Both the position numbers and the translations under genes were made by a program. Below are positions 51,053 to 64,000 of a stretch of DNA of 64,000 nt, in pieces. The DNA comes from Mobula hypostoma (lineage: Eukaryota), in contig NC_086097.1 in NCBI RefSeq assembly GCF_963921235.1, forward strand, positions 184,948,001 to 185,012,000, written 5' to 3'. The notes beneath the pieces were generated by a model. The model was given only the letters and a program-made list of their open reading frames with translations. It was not told the origin of the DNA and ran no database searches. The stretch's first letter is position 1, and every line of letters starts with the position of its first letter.

Positions 51053-54000
51053 CACACTGGCTTGGTGCCAGCTAGATGGTTGCAAGAACACAGGATAGGT
51101 TTTGAAGTCCTTCCACACCTTGTGTGCCCATTATTATCTGGGTAGTAAATGGTTACAATAACAATAGTATTTATCAATATTATTTTTAAATTATCTTTTT
51201 AAAAGATTAATATTAATTTTTGACCAGGTTTTCTACAATACTTATTTCAATCTGTCTCTGTTATGTTATTATTAATAGTAAAACAATGAATACACGCAAA
51301 TGAGCAACAGGGCTCATCCCTTTTCCTTAGAGTCAATTATTTTTAATAATTTATTGATCAGTGATAGCTCTGCTTAAAATTACCATCACACATGAGTGAA
51401 TTTTTCAGATTATTGCCATTTTGAGCACACACTCACAAATGGGTTCACCCTCCCTAGGATATGATAGATGTGCCTGATTCACAGTTTTCTATCTTTCAAG
51501 GTAGCTGTTCAAGTTTTGATTACACTCTACTAAACTTGAATAAATAGCCATAGCTTTTCTATAGGTAATTAATGTACTATTAATCTATTGTGCAGATTCT
51601 ATGAAAAGTTTCTGTTTGTAAATTAAAGGTTCAGATATACAGCACACAGATATATTTCTGATTTTATTTTCCCTTGGAATATATTTCATATAAATCTATT
51701 TGTTCTTTGTGTGCAACTTGAACAATTTATTTACTCTGCTGCTGGGTTTCAAATCACACAGCACTTCCATTATTTTAGCTGCTTACATTTGTAATCTTGC
51801 CCAAAACAAAAACACCCTGATTATCTATCAACTCAGTTTTTATCGGCCAGGAATAATTCTGATATGAATGCAAAAAAATCTTCCTCAGCCCTTCACACTG
51901 CTATAGTCTCCAGTTTTATTTGCCTCCTTCTGCCATAACAGTCTTCATTCATAGGATTCCCTCAATGTCACTGGATACAGAATTTTCCATTGTGATTTAC
52001 TTTGACCACCCTACTTCTTTAGATCCCTGAAATTGATTTCGTAGTCCCCATTTTCCTACTGTACCATTTATTTTGATGGTTGTGGATTTAAAAGGTTCTA
52101 TTACAGTGGCTTAGGTGAGTAAATGCAATACATTCTCTAGTTGGTACCCACTTGTGCCCACAATGCATCACTGATGGAGGGAACAAATGATTGGGGCAAC
52201 AGGTAGGGTACAGACAGGCAAGCTGCTTTGTCCCAGACAACGTTGAACTTCTTGAATGTGTTTGCAGCTCCACTAATGCATAATTCCATCATGCTCTAGA
52301 CTTCTGTTTTGTTCTTTGAGATATCAAAAGCTGAGTCATCTCTGAGGATACCAAGTCCAGTGTAGAATGATGTACTCCTATAGCACGGTCCCGTTGAATT
52401 TCTTATTGAAGGCCTACAGGATCTGAGTGGTGGTGACTTTGGCAATGGTAGTGCAATTGTCAGGGAAGAGAAAGCCATGAGTGGTCATTGAGGTGGTGAC
52501 TGCCTGACTTTTTGAATGTTATTTACTATTCAGCAGTTTAAGTGTTGACTTGATTTTGTTGCAAAATAGGGATGAACTTAATTGGTTGAAGAAATATGAA
52601 TACACTTGAACATTATGTAAATATTAGGTAAAAATTCCTACTTCCTGCCTTATGAGGCAAAGAAGCCAGCTGATGATGCAGCTGAAGCTGATTAGGCCTT
52701 GAATCTTTTTATAGGAGTTTCCCTAACCCGAAGCTGGGAAGGTTAACCTCGAACAACTGCTCCCTCTTTATTGTGGGGATTTGTGTCTAGCCATTGGGTT
52801 GCTTTCTCCTTGATGGCCATTGACAAGATTTACAAGCTTCTTGATGCCATATTCTGTCAAGTGCTGACATAATATCAGGGACAGACACTTGGGCTTCACT
52901 CCTGGAACTGAGCTCTTTAACCTGGACCAAAGTTAGGAAAAAGGTTGAGGCAAAGTGGTCCAAGAAAACTCACAGAACCACGATGTGCATATTATTTGTG
53001 AGTAGGTGCCACTGTGATTGTAAGGTATATTAAAATTATTGCACCCGACTATACCGTACAGAATAAAGCATTGTTTTTCCAAACAATTATGCTGTTTTAT
53101 TAAACTTTAAAGCGTTTTGCATTTATAAACTGCTAGATTATTATACACAGACTGTGTGTAGCCAAACACTTTGACCAAAGGTCTAAACTAATCATTTTAT
53201 TTTCGCAACTGAAGAATTGTAATTCAATTAAATAGTTAATATCAGTAATGGTGACTGCGAAATGACCTGATTGACATAAGAGTCCATCTGGTACACTAGT
53301 GCTCTTGAGTATGGAAATCTGCTGTTCTTACCATGTGACTTTATTCTGCAGCAATGTGATTGACTCTTCACTGATTTCTGAAATAGTCAAGCAAGACAAA
53401 TAAGGAAGGGAAATAAAACCAGGCCTTATAAGCATGCATCCCATGCTTATAATGCAAATACAATGAAAACATAATGCAATTTTATCTTCTGAATTGCTTT
53501 GGATGGAATAAAGGAAGTTATAGAATTGCTATGCTATCTAAGTCGGTGGGTCAAGGGGACATGCAGGGTTTAACTGAAAGCTGCAGTTTTTTGGGGTAGG
53601 TTGCTTCAAACTTCAGATGTGTTGTCTTCAACAGCAAAGATGACCATCTCTGGGTGGATAAAGTAGGCTAGATGCATTGTACACTTTTTATTAGTTGGGA
53701 ATGGAAAATTAGCAAATACCCTAACAAGAAAAAAGTTGCAGATTTAGTCACAGATTAGGAAGCATGTTTTTGAGGGTTTTCATTGTTCCAAAATTGAATT
53801 GTGAAATCAGCACAATTAATGACTTAAATTCCTGCTTGAAATCTATTAATGAATAATTTTTTATTATTGTTTCAGATGGATGTATGCGTGCAAGATGTTT
53901 AACATATGAGACATTCTCTGTATCAATTTTGTATAGCTTTCCTTTCAGAGGCTTTAGTACTTTTAAAATCTTTATGTTTCTAGGTTTGAGCTAACATTTT

Positions 54001-55249
54001 GGCATAGCACAGATATTTTTCTTCTCTATGTGGGAAAGGTTTTTTTTTGCAAAAAAAAAACGTGATAATTCATTCTAAAATGAGACATTTACTTAACATT
54101 AGCTTTGTGACCTTGCTACACCTGAGCTTTTCCTTTTGCTTTGCATGCTTCATTTTCATTTGGTTTCTGCTTTATTCCCAACCCCATGAGAGTGTCTTTT
54201 TGTTAAGGTACTTGGGAGTGACTGGCCAAATGGTCATTAGCTATGTGAGCCTAGGCAGGGAAGGTTAGAATCTCTTTTGACCACAGAGCTTCGCAGATTG
54301 CTCTGGCCCATCTGGCCTCCTGGTTAGCAATCATAAATCCTTGTGTTTATCCTTCTGCCCAACTCGGGAGTGTTGAACACTTCTGTAATTGCTTTTGCTC
54401 CAATCAGTTCACAAGATAATTACAGGTTTAAAAAAAAACTGATTTTAGTTCATCCATCCAGGAAAATCCTAAATTATCCCCCTTTTCAGCATTCAATTAT
54501 TTCTTAAATGTTTCCAGTGCTTTTGTCTCTGCCGCTGGGAGTATGTGCCAGTGTTCATTGTGCCTGCATAGTGTCAATCCTTAGTTTTTCATGTTGCTAG
54601 ATCCTATTGTCCTCCTCTTTCAGTGTATTTAGTAATATTCTCCATTACATTTACAATACTTGAGAATCACCTAAACATCTATAATATCACTTTTCAGGCA
54701 ACTGCTTTTGAACTGAAAATCTTCAGTTTCTCCAGTCTTTTCTTGCAATTTGTACTATTTGACACTAGAGATCAGCCCCACAGCTTTTCTATACACAGTC
54801 TGAAGCCACTGAATGCACGTGTTGTGCTTTATTGAGGAAACTTGCACAATCTGATCAGGGTGCTATATGGTTTACAAACAGTTTCTCTAGATCGTATTTT
54901 ACTGCTTTGTAATTTAACATTGCATTTGCTTCTGCTGAGCAATGGCAAATACTTGCTTGTGAATACGAACCTGTGGTACTCTAGCGTGGGAGTAATCTAT
55001 TTAACTCCATTCCCTGGATAACTCTAGAGATTCTTCCCTTCCACCATTAAATTTGATGCAATTGATTTTTAAAAGCCATCATCCACCTAGCTGCAATTTC
55101 ATCGCTCTGTTTTCTCAGTCAATAAGCAACTACTCTGCACTTCCTAAGTTTACTTTATGTTCAGCCTTTGAAATTGTACCCTTGTATAGCAATATTTGAG
55201 GTGCAAGAGAAAGTGATCTATTGTACTCTGGGAAATACTGCACCACATC

Positions 55250-55360
55250 CAGACAAAGGGTCTCGGCCCGAAATGTCGACTGTACTTCCTGTAGATGCTG
55301 CCTAGCATTTTGTGTGTGTTGCTTGAATTTCCAGCATCTGCAGATTTTCTCGTGTTTGCT
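55250..55360 (+). repeat. Penelope-type repeat with decayed hammerhead core
   Basis: cagacaaagggtctcggcccgaaatgtcgactgtac...tttccagcatctgcagattttctc; same family as 29304-29468 plus 31631-31672. Confidence 0.65.
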
Positions 55361-55489
55361 GATCTAACCACCATCATTGTTTTCCTCTGACTAAGCCAAT
55401 CTGAATACAAGACGCCACTGCCCTTAACCGCCTTTCCCTTTTTTTTTTGCAGTTAAATCTATCGTATGGTGCTCTCAAAGAGCAGGAAT

Positions 55490-55640
55490 TGTAGAATTAT
55501 ACAGCACGAAAAGGGCCCTTTGGCTCAACTCATCCATGCTGATCAAATTGTCTAACTGAGCTTATCCCACTTGCCTGCATTGGGCCCATATCCCTAAATC
55601 TTTCCTTCTCATGTACTTGTCCAAACATCATCTAAATGTC
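55490..55640 (-). mobile_element. Short CR1 3'-end fragment
   Basis: acagcacgaaaagggccctttggctcaactcatccatgctga...ggcccatatccct; typical reverse-complement CR1 3' UTR. Confidence 0.65.
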
Positions 55641-56837
55641 TCTCAAACTATTGTTGGTTATCATTGCTTGGCGCCTATAACATGACAGCGTCGCTGTTAC
55701 GTACCATGCGGCAGCCCAACCCAAAGTGTTTCCATGCCTCCCTGTGAGATTTTATAAGCTATAGAGATTTTATAGCTTTAAAAAAACTAGGGTGGTTTGA
55801 ATGTGTCTAAACGCCGACAACTTCAAAAATCAATTTTGCGTTTGACCTAATGACTGAAGTAAATGGCTATTGAAGCAGCAGTAAAGGATTGAGACAGTGA
55901 CGGGTTCCCAGTGACGATGGTCTCTGGCTAGTGATTAAATTCTGACTGGCTTGCACATGTTCATGTGGTTCAAGTGCAAGTCCACCTATTTCTCCTACTT
56001 ACATTGACCTGTTGTCCAAGTGATTGTATCTAGGTTATGATGTGCTGTGCGTACATTAGTTTAGTGAAACATTAAGTGCCTTGTGTTCAGGAATGTCGGT
56101 GGAAGAACCTGTAAAATTGGTTTGTAGAACTGCCTTGAAGAATATGTTTCTATTTTATTCACTGCCTTAAAGAATATTTCTATTCACATTGGTTGTTCAG
56201 AGCTTTGAGTCATTAGGCAATTCAGAGGGATGAAGGCTAACAGGTCATTAACTTGCAGAGGAAAACAAATCATATTTCTAAATTTAAGTAGAAATTTGAT
56301 TTATTTTAAACTGCTAAGGACAACAGGATTTTCCTTCTGTGTCATAAATTGTTTCAACTGATAAGTTATAATATACAGTGTTTATGGAGCACATAGTGAA
56401 TGGACTGATAACACTGAAATGTAAATTCATGACTCTTGATTGGTGCTGCATGCAACTTCATATGAATGCTGTCTCTATGGCAACCACCTTGGCAGTTCAG
56501 CTCTGGTTGAATGCTTACTTCTATGCTGCATATTGCTAAATGGACAACATTGTACCTTACCATGCTCATGACTACACGCCCAATGTAGAATTAAAGCTAA
56601 ATGCAATCTGTGTTTTATAGTGTGATGCCATGACACTCTATAATGACTAACATTCCATCACTGGGGGGGAAAAAAGTCAAAATTGTACCTTCCAAGGGCA
56701 GCTAGTAATTCATTCTGTTGTCAAGCCACTTTTGTTATTTGCTTAATCGTTCATCTGTAAGGTTAGCAGGGTGTAGCATCTTTCCCTATGTGACCATGCT
56801 GACAGAGATGTTGTTTGCTGTGCCACTCTTCTTGCAG

Positions 56838-57019
56838 GCCAACCTACCCCTGCTCCAGAGGGAGCTACTTCACTGCGCGCGCTTGGCCAAGCAGAACCCA
56901 GCACAGTACCTCGCACAGCATGAGCAGCTGCTGCTGGATGCCAGCACCACCTCACCCGTCGACTCCTCCGAGTTGCTGCTTGATGTTAATGAAAATGGGA
57001 AAAGGCGAACTCCAGACAG
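56838..57019 (+). CDS. RUNX1T1: RUNX1T1 coding exon 5 (182 nt)
   Basis: Acceptor ttgcag| and donor |gtgaga. Encodes [61 protein letters not shown]. The QNPAQ and STTSPVD residues favour RUNX1T1 over paralogues CBFA2T2/CBFA2T3. Confidence 0.98.
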
Positions 57020-57638
57020 GTGAGACAAATGGTTGCAATTTATCAATGGAACGGAGTTTCTTTCTGAGCCAGAATGTATCTGCACAGATGCATCATGGGA
57101 GCAAATACAAGCAGACAAATGATCGCTGACTTGTACTTTTTCTTCTTTAAATCGCAACAGCTTGTCGTCAACTGTGAAAATTAATTCTGAGTGAGGAAGG
57201 ATTTTTTTCTTCTTGTTGAATTAATTAATGAACCCATGGAACTGTGCTTAATCCTGTCTAATCTTTATATGATGGCATGAGATGAGTAACCAAGAAAGTG
57301 CTGGTTGAAGGGAAACTGACAGTATTGCTGCTGCTTTTTTTCTGCATATGGTCAGCTATGGATGAATAGCTGCAACGAGGTTCTAAGTTCATTAAAAGAG
57401 CTCATTAAAAAGATCATTCTGTTTCTGCACTAACATAGGAACGTGTCAGTCAATGTACCTAGCTAAATTTGATATGTGTAAATATGGTCGCTATTTGTAA
57501 TAGGATTTGGCAACACTGGTGCCGGCAAGCATAATGCTAATGAGGGGAGCTTTGTAGGTTTATCGTACGACTACCACATCATAGTAGCTTTATGCTTTGA
57601 AAATTCATATATATTTGATTATCTTGCCCATTTTGCAG

Positions 57639-57889
57639 AACCAAAGAGAATGGCTACGATCGCGAGCCTTTGCACTCAGAGCATCCCAGCAAGCGGCCCT
57701 GCACTATAAGTCCCAACCAACGGTTTAGTCCAAATAATGGGTTATCCTACCAGCCCAACGGCCTGCCTCACCCAACACCACCCCCACCTCAGCACTACCG
57801 TCTGGATGACATGGCCATGGCTCACCATTACAGGGATTCATACAGACATCCCAACCACAGAGACCTCAGGGACAGGAACAGACCTCTCG
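57639..57889 (+). CDS. RUNX1T1: RUNX1T1 coding exon 6 (251 nt)
   Basis: Acceptor ttttgcag| and donor |gtgagt. Encodes [25 protein letters not shown]...[21 protein letters not shown]. Confidence 0.98.
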
Positions 57890-58253
57890 GTGAGTATCAA
57901 TCTTGGACCTTTGTCACCACATGCAAAAATCTATCAAATAACCATTCCATTTACTTGATTTATTGTCTGCTGAACTGCCAAAGGCACCATAATGTACTAA
58001 AAGGAAGAGTCGTGTTGAGATGATGTATGCTTATTATTACCAGAGAGCGTTGCGTGTGCAATTGACCGAAACTTGCCTATGGACATTGTGGTAAAGCCGG
58101 TGTGTTTGTTGAAGGATGGCTGTGTCACTTTTATGTCAGTGATGGGTATTGGAGGGATGGCAATAAGCTACTTGATGGATAATTAAAAAAACAATGGCAT
58201 GTTTTCCAGCAGAATAGCTTTGGAAGTCTGAAATTATGTTCCACTGTTGGCAG

Positions 58254-58339
58254 GGATGCATGGCACCCGTCAAGAAGAAGTGATTGATCATAGACTAACG
58301 GATAGGGAATGGGCAGAGGAGTGGAAACACCTTGATCAT
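58254..58339 (+). CDS. RUNX1T1: RUNX1T1 coding exon 7 (86 nt), start of NHR2 oligomerisation domain
   Basis: Acceptor ggcag| and donor |gtaaga. Encodes [29 protein letters not shown]. Confidence 0.97.
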
Positions 58340-58695
58340 GTAAGAAAATTGATGAATTTACTGAAAAGCTAACCAAAAGTACAACTTTTTTATTTGCACC
58401 AAAGGATAGTTTATATTTGCTCTGAATAATTAAAAATATAAATTATGTTTTAGAGTTGGATATGGCAGATTTCTGGTCAGTGTTGATACTAGCTTCAAGT
58501 AAATGCATAAAAATATTTTTCATTTCTAATGATAAAATGATTTTTCATTTTTAAGTCTACAGCTTGATTGAAATTTTACTTGAATGTGGAAAGGTGGTAG
58601 TTTGTAAATATTCCGGAATTTTTTGTCCCTTGATTTGTATGTGAAAGTACAGGATCAGGTTCAGAGGCTCACTGATGCATCCGGTGTTGTTCCAG

Positions 58696-58894
58696 CTTTT
58701 AAACTGTATCATGGATATGGTAGAGAAGACAAGGCGTTCACTTACAGTCCTTCGGCGATGTCAAGAAGCTGATCGTGAGGAGCTTAATTATTGGATCAGA
58801 CGATACAGCGATGCAGAGGATATTAAAAAAGGTAGCGGCAACAGCAGCCATTCCAGACAACAGAGTCCTGTGAATACCGATCCTGCCCAACTAG
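58696..58894 (+). CDS. RUNX1T1: RUNX1T1 coding exon 8 (199 nt), NHR2
   Basis: Acceptor ttccag| and donor |gtaaca. Encodes [66 protein letters not shown]. Confidence 0.98.
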
Positions 58895-59513
58895 GTAACA
58901 GTTTTGGGTCCCATAACCTACTCTTTAATGTAGCGCTTTGAAGCTTATACTGCTGCCACTATACTGTAAATCTAGTGCAGACTTCACAGTAATGTGAATA
59001 GGGCTCAAATTTCAAAATGTATACACCCCCATTCACTATTGGTATATCTAAATTGCTTATCTATCTAAGGGGAGATGTATTAGCTCCAGAAAACAGCTGG
59101 AAATATCTTTGGACTTCAGATTTCCGAAGTCTGGTCTCCCACCACCCCATCAACAGTCCGACCAACATGTGTCAGTTGATAAATTAATACATTTGCAGTC
59201 AGATGAGCTGCTGCACACGTTGTGTCCCAGCTCCCTCTGAGCCTGACAAATGCAGTTAATGTTGGCTGGAGAAATAGTACCATGTAGGATGCTATTGCCG
59301 TGCATTCGTATAATTGTGTCAGCATATGTGAATCCATGTCATTACTTACAGATGCCCCTGTGTTCTGACAGTGGAATGACATAGAGAAAAATGCATGCCA
59401 TGGTCCACACTTTAATTTGTCCTGTTAAACTTGCAACTAAAGAGTCAACTGCTGTAAAGATGTGCAAAGTTACCCAGAAATAGACTTGCTCACAAAATTT
59501 TTCTCCTATACAG

Positions 59514-59579
59514 ATTCCCATCGGGAGTTCCTCCACAGACCATCTGGTCATTTACCAGAAGAAATATGGAAAAAAGCTG
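59514..59579 (+). CDS. RUNX1T1: RUNX1T1 coding exon 9 (66 nt); gene continues beyond the window
   Basis: Acceptor atacag| and donor |gtaaat. Encodes DSHREFLHRPSGHLPEEIWKKA. The expected next exon (EEAVNEVKRQ...) was not found up to 64000. Confidence 0.96.
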
Positions 59580-59799
59580 GTAAATGTTATGGTGGAAAAG
59601 GGTTGAGGGAGTGTTGGTTGCAAGGGGTATGTGCGTGTGTGCATGCGTTTAAGCATCATTGTTATAGTGAAGTGAATTTATTTTTAGCCTTTTTTTTAAA
59701 TTAAACTTCACCTTGAACATTGCAACATTAAATAAATTGTCTTGAATTGTCAGTATGAGGTAAGTCTAATCTCATTGTTCGTAAAGACAAAATTCTATT

Positions 59800-59931
59800 T
59801 TTAGAACATAGACATAGAATAGTACAGCACATTACAGGCCCTTCGGCCCACAATGTTGTGCTGACCCTTAAACCCTGCCTCCCATATAACCCCCGCACCT
59901 TAAATTCCTCCATATACCTGTCTAGTAGTCT
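59800..59931 (-). mobile_element. Very short 5'-truncated CR1 3' end
   Basis: tagaacatagacatagaatagtacagcac...acaggcccttcggcccacaatgttgtg. Confidence 0.75.
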
Positions 59932-59944
59932 GTGTGTAGTACTT

Positions 59945-60165
59945 TAGACATACGGCATGGTAACAGTCCCTTCGGGCTCATCGAGCCTACACCATCCAGT
60001 GACCCCCATGTAACAAATTAATCGCTTAACCTCTCCACCTTTGGGATGTGGGAGGAAACCAGAGTACCCAGAGGGAACTAGCACAGTCATGGGGTGAACT
60101 TAAAACCTCCCGTGACAGAATTGATAATAACGTTAGGCCAACCGTTTCTCTGCTCTGCCACCCAT
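59945..60165 (-). mobile_element. tRNA-derived SINE with CR1-like tail
   Basis: ctttgggatgtgggaggaaaccagagtacccagagggaac...cagtcatgggg. Confidence 0.7.
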
Positions 60166-61289
60166 TGTCTCAGTGCCTTCACAACATAATACTTGCAACT
60201 TGACAACTGTTTGGACGAGCTTAGTAAAACTCAACTTGAACCTGATAGCCCGAACCCTATAAACACCTTAAGATAGTTAATTTTACTATGTCCTATACAA
60301 CCCAGTCATTAGCATAAATGTAACGATCTTATACGATTTTTTTTGAGGAATATTGTTGAAGAGCTGATGATACAGGCCATGAGGATACGCAAATCATCTT
60401 ATTCTGAATTGAATTCTCAAGCTAGACCAGCATGGCACTTATCCCAGATATCTCATCAGAGTTTCCGGTTGACCCAACCACAATATAGGTCCTGCAAAGT
60501 TTGTGTTAGATGTACAGGTGGTTCTTCTGATCCTGAAATCTCACATCAGAGCATTCAGTTTCATAAATAGAACAAATTTATTTTATTAGAAGCTTTCTTT
60601 TAGCATTTTGGTATTCTTTCTATTAGAAGTGAAGTGTATCCCGTGCAATTTTCCCCACATAAAATTACTCCGTTTTAGGTCTTGCCTTCAGTTTGCTTTT
60701 CATCAACAGATGTTAATCCTTTTGATCTAAATGCAAAAACAAAAAACACGCACACACACAAATGCTGGAAACCCTTTTGGTAAAAATGAGCAACCCTATT
60801 GGAAAAAATCACCTTGGCATCCTGAAAGTCATATCACTGTATTGTAGAGAAACCATGGTACAGATTCTGTCAGTGGCTGGTGTATAAAATCAAGATTTTT
60901 TTTATCAAGTCATAACCTTGTTTCAATGTATTGGGCCTTGAGAGGTGCAAGAACAGTATCTTGTCATTAATTGCAGATTAACTCTTCTCATCTAGTGCTC
61001 TGGTATTCAAAAACATTGATTTCTGTTAGCTTATATGAGGGACTGTTTGCCTATTGCACTTTAAACTTGATATGATGTGCTCTATTATATCCTGATTTTA
61101 GGTGTACTTGCATTTTGTTTTATTCCATTGTGATAGAGAGGGAGAAATCTGTGGTCTGCTATTCATAGGTGCATTATGTTGTTGGGAAATCTAGCTTTAT
61201 GAATTTTATTGGGTTGTATTAGATTTACAAAGTGAAATTAGTAGATTAAATAATAGGAGAATTGATTTTGTTACAGGCAAATGTAGATT

Positions 61290-61545
61290 AAAGGGAATCA
61301 GTGCCGTTTAGACCAATACCCTACAGAATTGTTGTCTGTAATTTGTCTCCCTTTGAGAGTCAGTGTGTAGAACTGCACCCCAGTGAGAGTCGGCGTCTGT
61401 TAGATCCATACCCCAGTGAGATCAATCTGTAGCTCTGTCATCCAGCAAGAGTTAGTGTGTTGATCTACCCCCAGGAAGAGCCAGTGAGTGTGGGACATGA
61501 GCCCCAGGGAGAGTAGGTGTGCTTGGAACCTGTCCTCCAGGGAAA
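61290..61545. repeat. Degenerate ~30-bp minisatellite
   Basis: About 7-8 units resembling ccccagtgagagtcagtgtgtagaactgta. Confidence 0.75.
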
Positions 61546-62299
61546 ATGAGTCTTGTCTCCTGCTAGATGTAGATAGGTGGGATTTTAGGCTGCAACATTC
61601 TTGATGTGTCCCTTGTGTTCAGCTGCACCCCATTTATTCCATGAAGATGGGAATGCAATAATATTCCCAGAAGAATGTAGCAGACCTTTGTTTGTGAAAG
61701 TATCCTTCACAGTGGCATTTCTCAGGAGAAATCAGTAGATCATGGGAAGGGATTGGCAATCCAACCTTGGGGATCTGTTTAAATGTAAACTACAATGAAG
61801 CAGATTGAGAGAATGGGGTGAACATTAGGGGAATCTGCTCAAACTGAGTATTTGAATATCATTTGAGGTTGTGTTCTGTTGGGTTAGGACACTGGGACAT
61901 GAAACCAGAACATGGAAACTAAGATGTAGATCTTCAAAGAAAGAGAGGATTTAAAAATAGGTAATTGTTAATTATGCTTAAAATGTGAATATTCAAATTA
62001 TCACCCAATATTTGCATTATGTCCAGTTTGCACAGTACATAATAATATTTCACAAATCTGTGTGCATTTTTCTGAACGATGGTCACAAGTGCTTGGTAAT
62101 GAGCTAAATCTTGCAAAATGCACTATTTGCTGAGACGCTGTTGGCCCATCAGATAGTATGTTATATTAAGATTTCCTAGGTTATAAGATCTTCCAACTAA
62201 CCCTGAATTTCCTTGTCTTGGCGAAAAGATTAAGGTTTTCATTATGGATTAAGGCAGATGGGAGAAAGTAAACGGCACCACGCACGGATATTCGATCAG

Positions 62300-63540
62300 A
62301 AGGTATAGGAGCAAAATTACGCCATTCAGCCTATCGAGTCTGCTCTGATATTCCATCAAAGCTGATTCTTTTTCCCCAATCCCATTCGCCTTGCAACACT
62401 TCATCAACCGAGAATGTATCAGTTTCTGCCTTAAGTACATCCAGTGACTTGCCCTCTACAGTCCTCTGTGCAAATTCCTCGGATTCACCACCTGAAGAAA
62501 TTCCTCATTTCTCTTTTAAAAGGATGCCCCTATATTCTGAGTCTGTACCCTCAGATTCTGGAATCTCCAACTAATGGGAACATCCTCTCCACATCAACTC
62601 TAATCAGGCCGGTCAATATCTGGTATGCTTCCATGAAGACTCCCCCCCCATCCTTCTGAATTCCACTGGTTGAAGGCCCACAACCATCAAACGTTTCTTA
62701 TACATTGAGTCTTTCACTCACAGTATCATTCTTGTCAATTTGCATTGGACCTCTGGGGCCAGTACATATTTTCTTAGATACCGGACTCAGTTTGCTGTCA
62801 ATATTTCAAAATGGGCTGGACTGACCAATGCCTTATAAAACCATAGCAGTTCATGCTTGCTTTTATATTGTAGTGCTCTCAAAATGATTGCTAACATGGC
62901 TTTTGCCTTCCTTACACAAACTGAACCTGCAAGTTAACCATTAACCAGATTATTAACATAGAGAGTGAAAAATTGTGGTCCTGTGGAACTTCTGGAAAGC
63001 TCACTTTATAGCACTGTCCTCTGCCAGTCGTCCAGTCTTCTGTCTATGCTAGCACCTTGCCTTTAACACCACAAACTCGTGTTTAGCTGCTTTGTGTGTG
63101 ACGTCTTATCAAAGACCTGCTGAAAATCCAAGTAAAAATATCCACTGACTCTTCTCTACATAAACTGCTTGTTAACTTCCCCGAAGACTACTAGCAGGTT
63201 TGTCAGGCAAGATCTCTCCTTAATAAAACCACTGAATTATCTTTCTTTTTAAAACCATGTACTTTCAACTACTCCTAAATCTCATAATTAATAATGGACC
63301 CTAAAATCTTAGCAATGACTGAGGTCAGGCTATCTGGCCTGTGATGTCCTCTCTTGTGCCTCCCACCTTAAACAGGGGTGTTATATTCATGATTTTCCAG
63401 TTCTCTTTTAACCTTCCAGACTGATTCTTGAAAGACAACTATTAATGCTTCCAACATCTTTTCAGCTACATTTTTCAAAACTCTGAAGTGTTGTCCATCT
63501 GGACTAGGTGACATAACCTCCTCTGGGCCTTCTCCTCAGT
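62300..63540 (-). mobile_element. Decayed CR1 LINE
   Basis: 3' UTR (gccattcagcctatcgagtctgctc) and RT-region segments (tgaaaatccaagtaa, gtttgtcaggcaagat, actgaggtcaggcta). Confidence 0.85.
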
Positions 63541-64000
63541 GATGGCCACCACGCCACCTCCGACCCCTAACTCTCTCGACGTGCCTGTATTCAGCTAAAG
63601 GTACTTCATGAATAAAGGTTTCTATGCAGAATCACAATGTGTCTAAGGAGATTCATCAGTCAGGATGCACTTCAGGCACAATCAAGCTTAACTTGGTGGT
63701 CTAGGAAATTCATATTACAACATTTGAATGAGGGGACTTCACATTTGGTTCAATTAGCCATCTTGAAAATTAATGTTAAGCCTAACATGGGTAATAATCT
63801 TGGATCAGTTTCATGATCATAGTTTTACTGGAATAGTCATGTTTTTTACATTTATATCTATCTGGTATTTGTAAAGGATCATCAGATATGACTGGTGTTA
63901 TAATTTGCAGTCTCAAGCATTGCTGCTCTGCTTGAGTGACCGGATTTATTAATTACTGGAATCACGCCTGGTTCTCCTTTCACTATTCTGTCCATAAATA

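Noticed and set aside
61290..61545. CRISPR-like array
   Set aside because: The units are contiguous degenerate tandem repeats with no unique spacers, no cas genes are present, and the DNA is eukaryotic.

Overview
This is eukaryotic, vertebrate DNA. The repeat families (CR1 LINEs, HE1/V-SINE-like SINEs, Penelope-type repeats) suggest a cartilaginous fish, probably a ray; that assignment is an inference. The window holds most of one + strand gene, RUNX1T1 (ETO/MTG8). I read a short Met-Pro start exon (8373-8379) and eight further coding exons (16011-59579) with GT-AG boundaries and consistent phases, encoding the TAFH/NHR1 and NHR2 domains. The NHR3 and MYND exons were not found and presumably lie beyond 64000. 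The region ~3.4-17.8 kb is nearly free of recognisable transposons and contains candidate regulatory elements and alternative 5' exons. The 30.6-kb intron 17128-47746 is packed with nested elements: young and old CR1 LINEs, a decayed Gypsy LTR element with several insertions, Tc1 and Tigger DNA transposon relics, SINEs and Penelope-type repeats with decayed hammerhead-ribozyme cores. I cannot support a wholly new biological system. The best leads are a compact dual-donor/uORF switch at the start exon, a ~2-kb near-perfect inverted CR1 pair predicted to form long intronic dsRNA, a hammerhead-like palindrome, and an interleaved Gypsy/CR1 structure. Boundaries of old repeats are approximate and read by eye.
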